48,281 bases of DNA from a virus (taxonomy: Duplodnaviria > Caudoviricetes): IMG/VR virus record IMGVR_UViG_3300017553_000004, positions 1 to 48,281 of that record, one strand, 5' to 3'. A program made the position numbers and the translations under genes. Positions 37,159-45,168 of the stretch are shown here, piece by piece. The notes under the pieces are model-generated. The model searched no databases. It saw nothing but the letters and a program-made list of their open reading frames with translations, and was not told the DNA's origin. Within the stretch, counting starts at the first letter, position 1. Every line of letters begins with the position of its first letter.

Positions 37159-39693
37159 ATGGAGCACGCGAATGGCCGAGAGGTCATCGGCGGGTACTTG
37201 CGACAACACGGCAAGAACCTGATCGACAACGGCTACAACATCATTTCAATTGCCCCCGGAAAGAAATCCCCCGGCTTCGACGGTTGGGAGAAAACCAGGG
37301 CAACCCATGCGCAGCTCAAACGGTGGATCGACAACGGCCGCGGCGACCATGGCGTTGGCATCATCACCGCGCACACACCCGCCGTGGACATCGACGTTCT
37401 CGACGACGAGCTGGCTGGAAAGCTGGAAGCCTGGTGCCTGGAAAACCTGGGCCCAGCGCCGATCCGCGTAGGCCTGGCGCCGAAACGCTTGCTGCTCTAC
37501 CGGACGAATGAGCCCTTCCGCAAGCTGACATCACGGACCTTCCTGAATGAGTGGCAGGAACGCTGCCGCATCGAGGTGCTCGGTGATGGCCAGCAGTTCG
37601 TCGCGTTCCACAAACACCCCGACACCCACCGCCCCTACCGCTGGACCACGGATCAAACGCCGCTCAACACCCCGACCGACGATCTGACGGCAATCACGCT
37701 GGAGCAACTGCAGGGCCTCATCGAGTTGTTCGAGCGTGAGGCTGAGTCGCGCGGTTGGAAGGTAGCGAAAGGCTCGCGGTTGAACAGCAGCCGCGCCCCC
37801 TCGAACATCGACTACGACGATCCCTTCATCGCCGACTCCCAGCCGGTAAACCTCTCCCAACCGGAGCTGCAGCAGCGACTGATGCTGGTTCCAGGCGCCG
37901 AGGACTACGACGTCTGGTTGCAGATCGGGATGGCGCTGTATCACCAGTTCGACGGTGAAGAAATCGGCCGAGAGATGTGGCACGAGTGGTCGGAGTCCGC
38001 CGACAACTACGACGCCGATGCCCTGGACCGGAAGTGGGATACCTTCGACATCAGCGACAAAGGGCGAGCCCCGGTAACCGCCCGACTGATCCTGCGGCTG
38101 GCCAAGGAGGCCGCCGAAACGCAGGCGCTGACCACGGCTGCAGATCTGCGCGACCGGTTCGCCCAAGCGAAAGACCGCGCCGAGTGGAATGAGATCGCCA
38201 AACTCGCCAGGCGGGCGGAGATCGACCACATCTCTCGCGCCAGCCTGGCGGAGGTGGCTCGTGATCGCCTGGTAGCGCTGACCGGCGGGAAGGTTCCGCT
38301 GCCCGAAGTGAAGAAGGTCCTCGCCTACGAGATCAACACCAAGGAGACGCCGCGGTGGTGCCGCGACTGGGTGTACGACGTGAGCGACGACCGCTTCTTC
38401 AATACTGCCGGGAAATTCGCCGTGACCATGCAGGGCTTCAACGCCATGAATGACCGGCACTCCATGACAAAAAAGGACCTGCTGGACGGCAAAAGCCAGC
38501 CTATGCACTCGGCGGCCCACCTAGCCCTGAACGTCTACAAGATCCCGGCCGTCGACGGCCGCCGGTACGCCCCCGGCCGCGATCCGGTATTCATTCATGC
38601 CGATCAGCAGTGGGCGAACACCTACCCGGAAAATCAGATTCCGCCCAAGCCGAAGTCCATTCGCCCCATCGACAAGGCGAACATCAAGCGGATCCGCCGG
38701 CACATCGCCCATCTGCTGGTGGATGAGACGGAGCAGCGCTATCTACTCGACTGGCTCAGCTATATCGTGCAGAACCCGGGCAAGCGCGTGAACCATGCCA
38801 TCCTGCTCCAGGGTGTCCAGGGGGACGGAAAATCCTTCTTCGCTTTCCTGCTCGCGGCCGTGATGGGAGCGCCGAACGTGCGGATGGCGAACGCGCACAT
38901 CCTGGAAGGCGATTTCACCGGCTGGGCTGAGGGGCAGTGTGTCGTAGCCATCGAAGAAGCACGGATGATCGGCCACAACAGGCACGACACCCTCAATCGC
39001 CTCAAACCGTTGGTGACCAACGACGTTATCGAGGTTCACCCGAAAGGCCGCAATCCCTACAACATCTTCAACACGTCGAGCTATCTCATTACCACCAACT
39101 ACCGGGACGCGCTCCCGCTCTCGCTCAACGAGCGTCGTTACCTGGTGCTGTTCAGCCAATGGCAGAATGCTGAGGCGCTGCTCGCATTCAAGGAGGAAAA
39201 CCCGGACTACTACACGGAGTTGTACGCAGCCTTGGATGACTCGGCGCCGGCTATCCGGCAGTGGCTGCTGTCGCTGGACCAACGCGACGACTTCAACCCA
39301 CGAGGCGACGCACCGCGTACTCCGGCGTTCTGGCACATGACCAACGCCGCGCAGCCGGCTGAGATCCAACAGATCAACGAGGTGATCGACTCCAATGAGT
39401 TCGCTGACATCAGCGAGCCGCTGCTGAACATCACGCGGCTGCAGGGCTTGGTGATGAATGGGGACTATGACGTTGAACTACCGCCGGCAAAAACCCTGGC
39501 GAAGATGTTGGAGATCGCAGGTTACTGGCCACTGGGGAGGATCAAGGTCGATGGAGAGCCCTGCCGCTTCTACTCAAAGACACCGGAGATGTTCCACTGC
39601 GATGCGAAGGGTGCTGCCAACAGTCATGCTGTGCGCACCTATATAAAGAAGAGGCAGGCCGAAATCGACACCACCAACGACCACGGGCTCTGA
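37159..39693 (+). CDS. Primase-polymerase/PriCT-2/SF3 helicase (DUF5906-like)
   Basis: VDIDV, GQQFV..H.HPDT, YDVWLQIGMAL, GVQGDGKS Walker A, IEE and TTN motifs. Confidence 0.93.
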   Translation: MEHANGREVIGGYLRQHGKNLIDNGYNIISIAPGKKSPGFDGWEKTRATHAQLKRWIDNGRGDHGVGIITAHTPAVDIDVLDDELAGKLEAWCLENLGPAPIRVGLAPKRLLLYRTNEPFRKLTSRTFLNEWQERCRIEVLGDGQQFVAFHKHPDTHRPYRWTTDQTPLNTPTDDLTAITLEQLQGLIELFEREAESRGWKVAKGSRLNSSRAPSNIDYDDPFIADSQPVNLSQPELQQRLMLVPGAEDYDVWLQIGMALYHQFDGEEIGREMWHEWSESADNYDADALDRKWDTFDISDKGRAPVTARLILRLAKEAAETQALTTAADLRDRFAQAKDRAEWNEIAKLARRAEIDHISRASLAEVARDRLVALTGGKVPLPEVKKVLAYEINTKETPRWCRDWVYDVSDDRFFNTAGKFAVTMQGFNAMNDRHSMTKKDLLDGKSQPMHSAAHLALNVYKIPAVDGRRYAPGRDPVFIHADQQWANTYPENQIPPKPKSIRPIDKANIKRIRRHIAHLLVDETEQRYLLDWLSYIVQNPGKRVNHAILLQGVQGDGKSFFAFLLAAVMGAPNVRMANAHILEGDFTGWAEGQCVVAIEEARMIGHNRHDTLNRLKPLVTNDVIEVHPKGRNPYNIFNTSSYLITTNYRDALPLSLNERRYLVLFSQWQNAEALLAFKEENPDYYTELYAALDDSAPAIRQWLLSLDQRDDFNPRGDAPRTPAFWHMTNAAQPAEIQQINEVIDSNEFADISEPLLNITRLQGLVMNGDYDVELPPAKTLAKMLEIAGYWPLGRIKVDGEPCRFYSKTPEMFHCDAKGAANSHAVRTYIKKRQAEIDTTNDHGL

Positions 39694-39708
39694 GCTTAGT
39701 CATCGACC

Positions 39709-39736
39709 AAACCCGCCAACTGGCGGGTTTTCTTTT
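39709..39736 (+). terminator. Intrinsic terminator after the primase gene
   Basis: AAACCCGCCA-AC-TGGCGGGTTT followed by TCTTTT. Confidence 0.85.
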
Positions 39737-39740
39737 GCCT

Positions 39741-40021
39741 AGGAACCGGAAGAACCGGATAGAACATCGAAATCGCGTCTTCAGAAAATTTTCTGATCGC
39801 TTTTCAACGTTCACAGACCTGCCGTGTCTGGCGGCCAAGAGTCAAAACGTTTTCTGACTATCCGTCTATCTGGCTGATTTTACTGTGTTTTCTATTTTCC
39901 CTTGGGTAACGAGGAACCGGAAGAACCGGATAGAACCTTAAATCCACGTAAGAGGAGAAAACAAAAACAGCTAAATAGAAAAAACAAGGGATTATCCGGT
40001 GCCTCCGGTTCCTCGGTTTCC
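39741..40021. repeat. Iteron-like repeats, candidate replication origin
   Basis: AGGAACCGGAAGAACCGGATAGAAC at 39741 and 39912; degenerate inverted copy at about 39992-40014; T-rich and A-rich tracts between. Confidence 0.65.
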
Positions 40022-40165
40022 GCCAGCCCCTGGCCGCCGGGTGAAAATCCGCTCTGCCCCTGGCCGCCGCGACCGCATTTCCGCACAGCGCCTACCTGCA
40101 ATTCGGTGAACACTCGTTTACTCAACGGTGGACTTGGCAAAAATGCGATAAAACGCGAGAACGCG

Positions 40166-40177
40166 GCTCAGCGTCCC
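40166..40177 (-). other. Candidate cohesive end (cosN) GGGACGCTGAGC, with a cosQ-like GGGTCCC at 40203-40209
   Basis: Symmetric GCG/CGC flanks; 9/12 match to the chi cos as I recall it (GGTGCGCAGAGC); lambda-type terminase; located beyond the primase as in chi-like genomes. Confidence 0.7.
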
Positions 40178-40605
40178 CGCCTACGCGCTAAGCGGACGTA
40201 GAGGGACCCGGACTAGCCGAACGTGCTTAGTTAACGGGCTTAGCCGACCGCCTAGCAGGCCGACGAACGGTAGTGCTTATTGAACGAATTAATAGCGATG
40301 ACTAGACGAACGGACTAACGGGGCGGGTTAATAAGCGGATCAGGCAAACGTGATAACGAGACGGGTTTAGCTAACGGACTAACAGAACGCGCTAACAGAA
40401 CGTAGTAACGCCAATGCCGTGGCACAGCCACGCATTCCCACGAACGGCCGCCAGGCCACCTATCCTTTCGCCTGGCGCACGCAGAAGCCTACCCGCTACC
40501 CTGGGCCTACCAACATGCATTTCGTGCATCCATGGCCGCGGCAGACGGCCTCCCGCTCATGCGGCGCCCTATGGCCACCCTGTCCTCAGGCTTTGGCGTG
40601 GGGGC

Positions 40606-40647
40606 TTGGCGAGAAAGAAAACGCCCCTATACTGTACATGCATACAG
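40606..40647 (+). promoter_or_regulatory. Sigma70-like promoter overlapped by a LexA (SOS) box
   Basis: TTGGCG-16nt-TATACT; CTGTACATGCATACAG (40632-40647) fits CTGT-N8-ACAG. Confidence 0.8.
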
Positions 40648-40668
40648 CACCACGGAGGAGGCGTTACG

Positions 40669-40821
40669 ATGGAGGCGAGGCAGCAGGGCGAGGAGCTGGC
40701 GATCCCTACAGATACCCAGGATAAGGACACCCTTATCCGCGAGCTGTGGGACCTGGTCGTCCAGCAGGATGAAGCGCTAGACAGGCTGGAACGCCTGTTG
40801 GGCATGGAAGCGGAGGACTAG
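40669..40821 (+). CDS. 50-aa coiled-coil protein, predicted LexA-controlled
   Basis: GGAGGAGG RBS, own promoter and terminator; paralogue at 42170-42340. Confidence 0.8.
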   Translation: MEARQQGEELAIPTDTQDKDTLIRELWDLVVQQDEALDRLERLLGMEAED

Positions 40822-40847
40822 CCGGCGAGGGCGCCAGGCGCAAAAAG

Positions 40848-40872
40848 GAAAACCCGCCGAGGCGGGTTTAAA
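40848..40872. terminator. Bidirectional terminator-like hairpin
   Basis: AAACCCGCC-GA-GGCGGGTTT between convergent units. Confidence 0.75.
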
Positions 40873-40969
40873 GGGGATCGGTTACCGGGCGTCGCGGGTG
40901 CGCGATTCGATCGATTCTGACAGGGCTTACCCGGACGGCCGCCAGGCGGCTGGATCGATTGCCCGACCA

Positions 40970-41296
40970 CTACGGGGCGGACAGCTGCTGATTCCCAAGA
41001 CGTATGCTAGCTCTGTGCAGTCCTGTAGGGAGACCTAGATTTGCGCAGGCTTTCGCCAGTACAAATTCCAGGTCAAATTCACCACTCCCGAAAACTTTGC
41101 GAGCGTCCCCGACTAGCGGGGCCTCCTCAAGCACTAGCCGTTCCAGTTCAGCGGCCAATGCTATTTCTTCCGGTCCCGACGGCAGGCCATCCCTGAATCG
41201 AACCTCAACCACCAGCCCGGAAAGCGTCTTTCTGTTTTCAGCGACCTTTGCCCATAAGGCGTCGGCGTTCTGTTTCGTGAGTTGATATCCGTTCAA
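40970..41296 (-). CDS. Hypothetical protein (moron-like)
   Basis: TTG start with GGAGGAG RBS; lower GC; flanked by a 12-bp direct repeat. Confidence 0.6.
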   Translation of the reverse strand: MNGYQLTKQNADALWAKVAENRKTLSGLVVEVRFRDGLPSGPEEIALAAELERLVLEEAPLVGDARKVFGSGEFDLEFVLAKACANLGLPTGLHRASIRLGNQQLSAP

Positions 41297-41477
41297 GGGC
41301 TCTCTCCTCCAATGCGGCTTTACACGCCATATTCGATAGCGCCTTTACATACGTCAAGCGCGCCCGTTTGTCGCTGGTCCGCCACTACGGGGCCTGTTGC
41401 CACTTCGGCGAGGCCGATACGCTGCACCCGTCAATGCCCATCGCTTCCACTCCTATTCAGTACAAAATGTTGATTCG

Positions 41478-41849
41478 TCAGGCAGCGCAAAGCTGCACCT
41501 GGCCCAGGGCCTCACGGCCATAGGGAAAGGACTCGACACCCCGGCCACCGTCCACCATGGTCGGCGCCTTGGCCGCTGCTACCGTCCGCACCTCTGCATG
41601 GAAAGCCTGCAGCGCCGACAGCACGTCGTCGGTGATGTCGCGGTCTGCCCCATCGAAGAATTCCAGCCCCCTCCCCTGGCGAGCGACCACTACCAGCGAC
41701 AGCCGGCCAGTGCGCTTGGCACGCACCACAGCATGGCCGATGCCCAGGGCCCGACGCTCGGGGCTGTAGGAGTGGCGGACAGCACGCACCACGGCAGCCT
41801 TGACGCGAGCCAGGAACACCGGAGATTTCAGAGCGGTTTTAGTCAGCAT
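41478..41849 (-). CDS. Hypothetical early protein
   Basis: ATG at 41849 with GGAGG RBS, downstream of a TTGACA promoter. Confidence 0.7.
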   Translation of the reverse strand: MLTKTALKSPVFLARVKAAVVRAVRHSYSPERRALGIGHAVVRAKRTGRLSLVVVARQGRGLEFFDGADRDITDDVLSALQAFHAEVRTVAAAKAPTMVDGGRGVESFPYGREALGQVQLCAA

Positions 41850-41890
41850 GGCGGGGCCTCCCGTAGGCCGTTTTCCTTGTCTACAGGCAC

Positions 41891-41919
41891 AGATTAATAA
41901 CACCCAATTAAGGTGTCAA
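41891..41919 (-). promoter_or_regulatory. Sigma70 promoter with ACACC-N7-GGTGT operator
   Basis: TTGACA-17nt-TAATCT; palindrome at 41900-41916. Confidence 0.75.
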
Positions 41920-41946
41920 TATTATTTTCGGTTTCCCTGGAATGAG

Positions 41947-41968
41947 AAAGCCCGCCGAAGCGGGCCTT
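41947..41968 (-). terminator. Terminator ending the C4-gated operon
   Basis: GCCCGC-TTCG-GCGGGC followed by TTTCT. Confidence 0.7.
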
Positions 41969-41979
41969 AGTCTCGCCTG

Positions 41980-42177
41980 TTAGGCAAATACTGCCGTGCC
42001 CGAGAAGGGTTCAATGATCATTCCCACGGAGCCTTCCGGGTAGCACCGGACGGCCCTCCGCAGAGCCTTAACAGCACGATCGCGGTCCCGGAATGTCCGC
42101 AGGCGGTTATTTGCGTCGACCAGCGGCGCGATTTGATGGCGCGGGAAAACGTCGATCATAACTGCGTAATTACTCAT
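41980..42177 (-). CDS. Hypothetical protein
   Basis: 65 aa; start overlaps the upstream gene's end. Confidence 0.6.
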   Translation of the reverse strand: MSNYAVMIDVFPRHQIAPLVDANNRLRTFRDRDRAVKALRRAVRCYPEGSVGMIIEPFSGTAVFA

Positions 42178-42340
42178 CGCTGCCGCCCTCCCCTGATTCG
42201 TCATCCAGCTCTATGCCCAGCCGGCTTTCCAGCCTCGCGATTGCTTCATCTTGCCGGACCAACAGTTCCCATAGGGCACGCATTGCCGCTACGTTCTGAG
42301 TAGAAGCCGCCAGTTGTTGAAGTTCCTCATACCGGTTCAT
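42170..42340 (-). CDS. 56-aa coiled-coil protein, paralogue of 40669-40821
   Basis: LWELLVRQDEAIARLESRLGIE; GGAGG RBS. Confidence 0.75.
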   Translation of the reverse strand: MNRYEELQQLAASTQNVAAMRALWELLVRQDEAIARLESRLGIELDDESGEGGSDE

Positions 42341-42342
42341 GG

Positions 42343-42759
42343 CTAGGCCTCCCACTTGCGTTGTTTGCCAAGCCGACGGATAAGCCGCTTTTCGGCCTCG
42401 ACAGTGCGCGCCTTGAACAAGGCGAGCTCGCTGGCCATATAGGCCAGCATGGCGCGGGCTTCCCCCAGGCGATCAGCCGGCAGCAGCTCCAGCTTATTGC
42501 CGCCGTTCACCTGGTCCCGCAGGTGCGTATGCAGCCACCAATGCACACTCTGTTCGAGGCATGCACCAAGCGCTATCCGGTCGATCTCTACATGCAGTTC
42601 GGCGGCTTGCTCCTGGGTGATCAGCTTGACGGTGCGAGTGGGCTTCGGCTTTTCCGGCTCGGCCTGGAGAGGCTCGGCCTGGACGGGTAGAGAGTCGAGG
42701 CGGATATAGGGAATGCCATTGATGACGGTGACGCGGATATCGTGAGTAGTGGCTTGCAT
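42343..42759 (-). CDS. Antirepressor-like protein (ORF6C/P22 Ant C-terminal-like)
   Basis: ITQEQAAELH...L....LELLPADRL.EA pattern; directly downstream of the C4 module. Confidence 0.65.
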   Translation of the reverse strand: MQATTHDIRVTVINGIPYIRLDSLPVQAEPLQAEPEKPKPTRTVKLITQEQAAELHVEIDRIALGACLEQSVHWWLHTHLRDQVNGGNKLELLPADRLGEARAMLAYMASELALFKARTVEAEKRLIRRLGKQRKWEA

Positions 42760-42812
42760 GATTGGAGACTCCTGTACGTTAGGGAGCCGCCCGCTTGACG
42801 CCAATCAAGGGA

Positions 42813-42886
42813 GGGCGGAGCCATGCGGGTTGGCGTACCGGGTACAGGTCCGGCGTGCCCGAAGGCACCCACACACAGCTCCGCCC
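42813..42886 (-). ncRNA. C4-type antisense RNA
   Basis: Closing stem GGGCGGAGC/GCTCCGCCC and UUCG hairpin; a' CCTGTAC and b' ACGCCAA are complementary to GTACAGG/TTGGCGT pairs both upstream and downstream. Confidence 0.85.
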
Positions 42887-42912
42887 GTAACACGGGCAAA
42901 CCATGCGCCCAC

Positions 42913-42936
42913 AAAAAAGCCGCAGTGAGATGCGGC
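42913..42936 (-). terminator. Attenuator/terminator in the C4 leader
   Basis: GCCGCA-TCTCAC-TGCGGC-TTTTTT after the b1/a1 sites. Confidence 0.75.
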
Positions 42937-42998
42937 CCTTGCGAGCCTGTACTATCCGGGACGCCAATCCCGACCGCCGATTTTGCGGCGATGGCTGG

Positions 42999-43028
42999 AC
43001 GATAGTCCCGGACAGCAGGTAGTGTCAA
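42999..43028 (-). promoter_or_regulatory. Promoter of the C4/antirepressor operon
   Basis: TTGACA-18nt-TATCGT. Confidence 0.65.
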
Positions 43029-43029
43029 T

Positions 43030-43494
43030 CTACTTTTTTCTTACCACCATCATGCGTTCGTCCATCGCTGGACCTTTCGAATACGTGTAAACAATCGTGT
43101 AATTCTCATTCTCGATAGTCACGTTTCGTTTACCGTTGAAAGCGCCTAACACTTCCTCAACTTGATGCGGGGCGTACAGCGTCCCCAGTGATGCGGCCCA
43201 AGCTCGCGCCAATGACTTGTCCGCGTGCGTCCCATATCCAGTGTTTTTGGTCCAGTCGTTCCATATGAATTTGACGTTTACGACTGTGCGGGACGCGTCG
43301 CCATTGATGAAGAATTTGACTGTTTCGGATGCCCCTCCGACGCAAGTGTAGAGCGGCCTATCCGCACCGATAACACGCGGAGACAAGCACCCAATGTTCT
43401 GGCTGACTTTCTGCGACTCTTTATCAAAACCCTCGAATGCGTAGCTGTTCAGCGCGAAGAAAAAAGATATCGCCACTGCGGTTCTTCTATACAT
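43030..43494 (-). CDS. Exported protein with signal peptide (low-GC moron)
   Basis: MYRRTAVAISFFFALNSYA-F signal peptide; two Cys residues; AT-rich codons. Confidence 0.75.
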   Translation of the reverse strand: MYRRTAVAISFFFALNSYAFEGFDKESQKVSQNIGCLSPRVIGADRPLYTCVGGASETVKFFINGDASRTVVNVKFIWNDWTKNTGYGTHADKSLARAWAASLGTLYAPHQVEEVLGAFNGKRNVTIENENYTIVYTYSKGPAMDERMMVVRKK

Positions 43495-43553
43495 ATCGGC
43501 TCCAAGGTCAGGCGTGATCCCGCCTCGGATAGTACAGGAAGGCCGAGCGCTAG

Positions 43554-43745
43554 CTATTTGTCATCCGGATAAGAACTCCCTAGCCATCCCAGGGCAAAAG
43601 CCAGCGGCATGGCGCCTCCCCATACATACCCAGCGGCGAACCACTTTACCGATAGGTAGATACAGCCGATAACAACTATCGCGGCCAGGGTATGGCGGAC
43701 TATCCGCCACCCTGGCGTATCGGGCTCTTTGTGTTTTCGCTTCAT
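43554..43745 (-). CDS. Small two-TM membrane protein
   Basis: 63 aa with two hydrophobic segments; ATGA overlap. Confidence 0.7.
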   Translation of the reverse strand: MKRKHKEPDTPGWRIVRHTLAAIVVIGCIYLSVKWFAAGYVWGGAMPLAFALGWLGSSYPDDK

Positions 43746-44011
43746 TTCTCCCCGCCCTCCTCCGTGCTGCCAGGTTCGCCACGCCACCAGCCTATATCAC
43801 CGCCAGCGAGACGGTTGGCCTTTGCACGCGTAGCCCTGCCCTCCGCCTGCCGGTATTGCCGTTCCAGCAGCGACCGCAGCAGCTCGGCCACCCGCACAGC
43901 GGCCTCCCCCGTGACACGGAGGTCGCCGTTGTTCGTGTGCACGGTGAAGCCGCGTTCCATGTCGGGTATTTGCTTGGCCAGGGCGTAGCCCAGCTCTTCA
44001 AGCGTTGCCAT
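43742..44011 (-). CDS. Hypothetical protein
   Basis: Start MATLEELG with GAGG RBS; tight operon packing. Confidence 0.7.
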   Translation of the reverse strand: MATLEELGYALAKQIPDMERGFTVHTNNGDLRVTGEAAVRVAELLRSLLERQYRQAEGRATRAKANRLAGGDIGWWRGEPGSTEEGGEK

Positions 44012-44015
44012 GGGC

Positions 44016-44339
44016 TCAGACCTCGAAAATGTGACCACGCACGACAGCAAACAGCTCGCCGGTGCTGCGCCATTCCTGGAGCGTGCGGAAGTTACCGTCA
44101 CGGCGTGCGTTGACGTTCGCGAATGACAGCCCCGTATCCACCTCGCGGATGCTGGAGATAATGGCCGGGTAGGACTCGCCAGCATGCGGGCCTGCCACAT
44201 AGCGCACGACTTGCGGGCAGTCGCCGGAGCGGTCCAGCTTGTAACCGATGCTCGCCAGGCGAGCGGCGAGGCCCTGCAAAGTTAGGGGCTTCAGCCCCCA
44301 AGCGGCACGGCGTGCGAGTTCGCGGTTCAGATTGTCCAT
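44016..44339 (-). CDS. Hypothetical protein
   Basis: 107 aa; operon packing. Confidence 0.75.
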   Translation of the reverse strand: MDNLNRELARRAAWGLKPLTLQGLAARLASIGYKLDRSGDCPQVVRYVAGPHAGESYPAIISSIREVDTGLSFANVNARRDGNFRTLQEWRSTGELFAVVRGHIFEV

Positions 44340-44342
44340 GGT

Positions 44343-44582
44343 TCAAGCCCCCTTAACCGGCCAGGTGTAGCCATGCCAGCCACTGGCAAAGGTCACGAGA
44401 GCCGTCCACCGCCTAAACCCTGGCGACCACACCCAGCCATGAACGGTTACAGGCGTTTCCACCTGGCCGCGCTCGTTCTGGAATTTGTCGGCGTCCGGGA
44501 TCGGGCCGTAAGCGGCATGAGTCACCGCGTCGCCGGGCACGCAATTTCCATCGGCGCCCCGTTGGTACAGTTGGTTTGCCAT
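44343..44582 (-). CDS. Hypothetical Trp-rich protein
   Basis: 79 aa with GGAGG RBS. Confidence 0.7.
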   Translation of the reverse strand: MANQLYQRGADGNCVPGDAVTHAAYGPIPDADKFQNERGQVETPVTVHGWVWSPGFRRWTALVTFASGWHGYTWPVKGA

Positions 44583-44585
44583 AGT

Positions 44586-44927
44586 TCAAGCCTCCCCCTT
44601 GGTCGCCAGGTCCCGCCAGTAGCGAGCGTCTTCCATCGCCTCACGAGAAATACGCCGACTCGCGTCCCGCATGGCCGCACTCTGCAATTGCCAGCTATCG
44701 CGGCGGCACTCGCGAGCCAGGCGGATCGATGACGCCAGTTTCTGGAGTGCTCGCGTCTGCCCATGTTTGTGCGCGCCGGCCAACAGCCAAGCGCCAGCCT
44801 CACGACCTGCCGCGCCGATCCACTCGCCGCAGAACCGCGCCACGAATTGCGGCTTGGCCTTGCCGGTGAACTCTTCCGCGACGGAGTAGCGTTTATCCGT
44901 CGTGCCGTCTTGATGGGTGATACGCAT
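44586..44927 (-). CDS. Hypothetical protein
   Basis: Start MRITHQ; contains FVARFCGEWIG; operator upstream. Confidence 0.7.
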   Translation of the reverse strand: MRITHQDGTTDKRYSVAEEFTGKAKPQFVARFCGEWIGAAGREAGAWLLAGAHKHGQTRALQKLASSIRLARECRRDSWQLQSAAMRDASRRISREAMEDARYWRDLATKGEA

Positions 44928-44955
44928 TGTCGGAACCCTCAACAAAAAGTTGATC

Positions 44956-45168
44956 CTAGAAACGAACGGACGGTTCGCTTTCCACTTCGCAGGTCAGGCG
45001 GACGTGCGCGCTCTTCACCTTGCGCATCTCCGGGGCGCTGGCGCCCAGGGCCTCGCGGCACTCCCGGCGGGCGTCCTCCCCGTGCCAGCTGTCCATTACG
45101 TACACCTGGCAGTCGTCCATCGCGGCGCTGGTGCAGAGCCAGAGGACAAGGGCGGCGGTCATGTTCAT
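44956..45168 (-). CDS. Small Cys-containing protein (LVLWLC...C...C...C)
   Basis: 70 aa; ATGA overlap. Confidence 0.65.
   Translation of the reverse strand: MNMTAALVLWLCTSAAMDDCQVYVMDSWHGEDARRECREALGASAPEMRKVKSAHVRLTCEVESEPSVRF

Noticed and set aside
32276-39693. Inteins or introns in the polymerase and primase genes
   Set aside because: Lengths are ordinary, the frames are continuous and no splice-junction motifs were noticed
39892-40201. ORFs of 82 and 99 aa across the ori/cos region
   Set aside because: Low-complexity translations of repeats and A/T tracts
41230-41441. TAG read-through or alternative genetic code extending the 18-codon ORF
   Set aside because: TAG terminates several well-supported genes here, and the stop lies within the 12-bp repeat; no suppressor tRNA seen
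42621-43028. 135-aa Ash-like ORF
   Set aside because: Its 'start' is the TTG of the -35 box and its motifs are the translation of C4 RNA elements; best read as an RNA shadow
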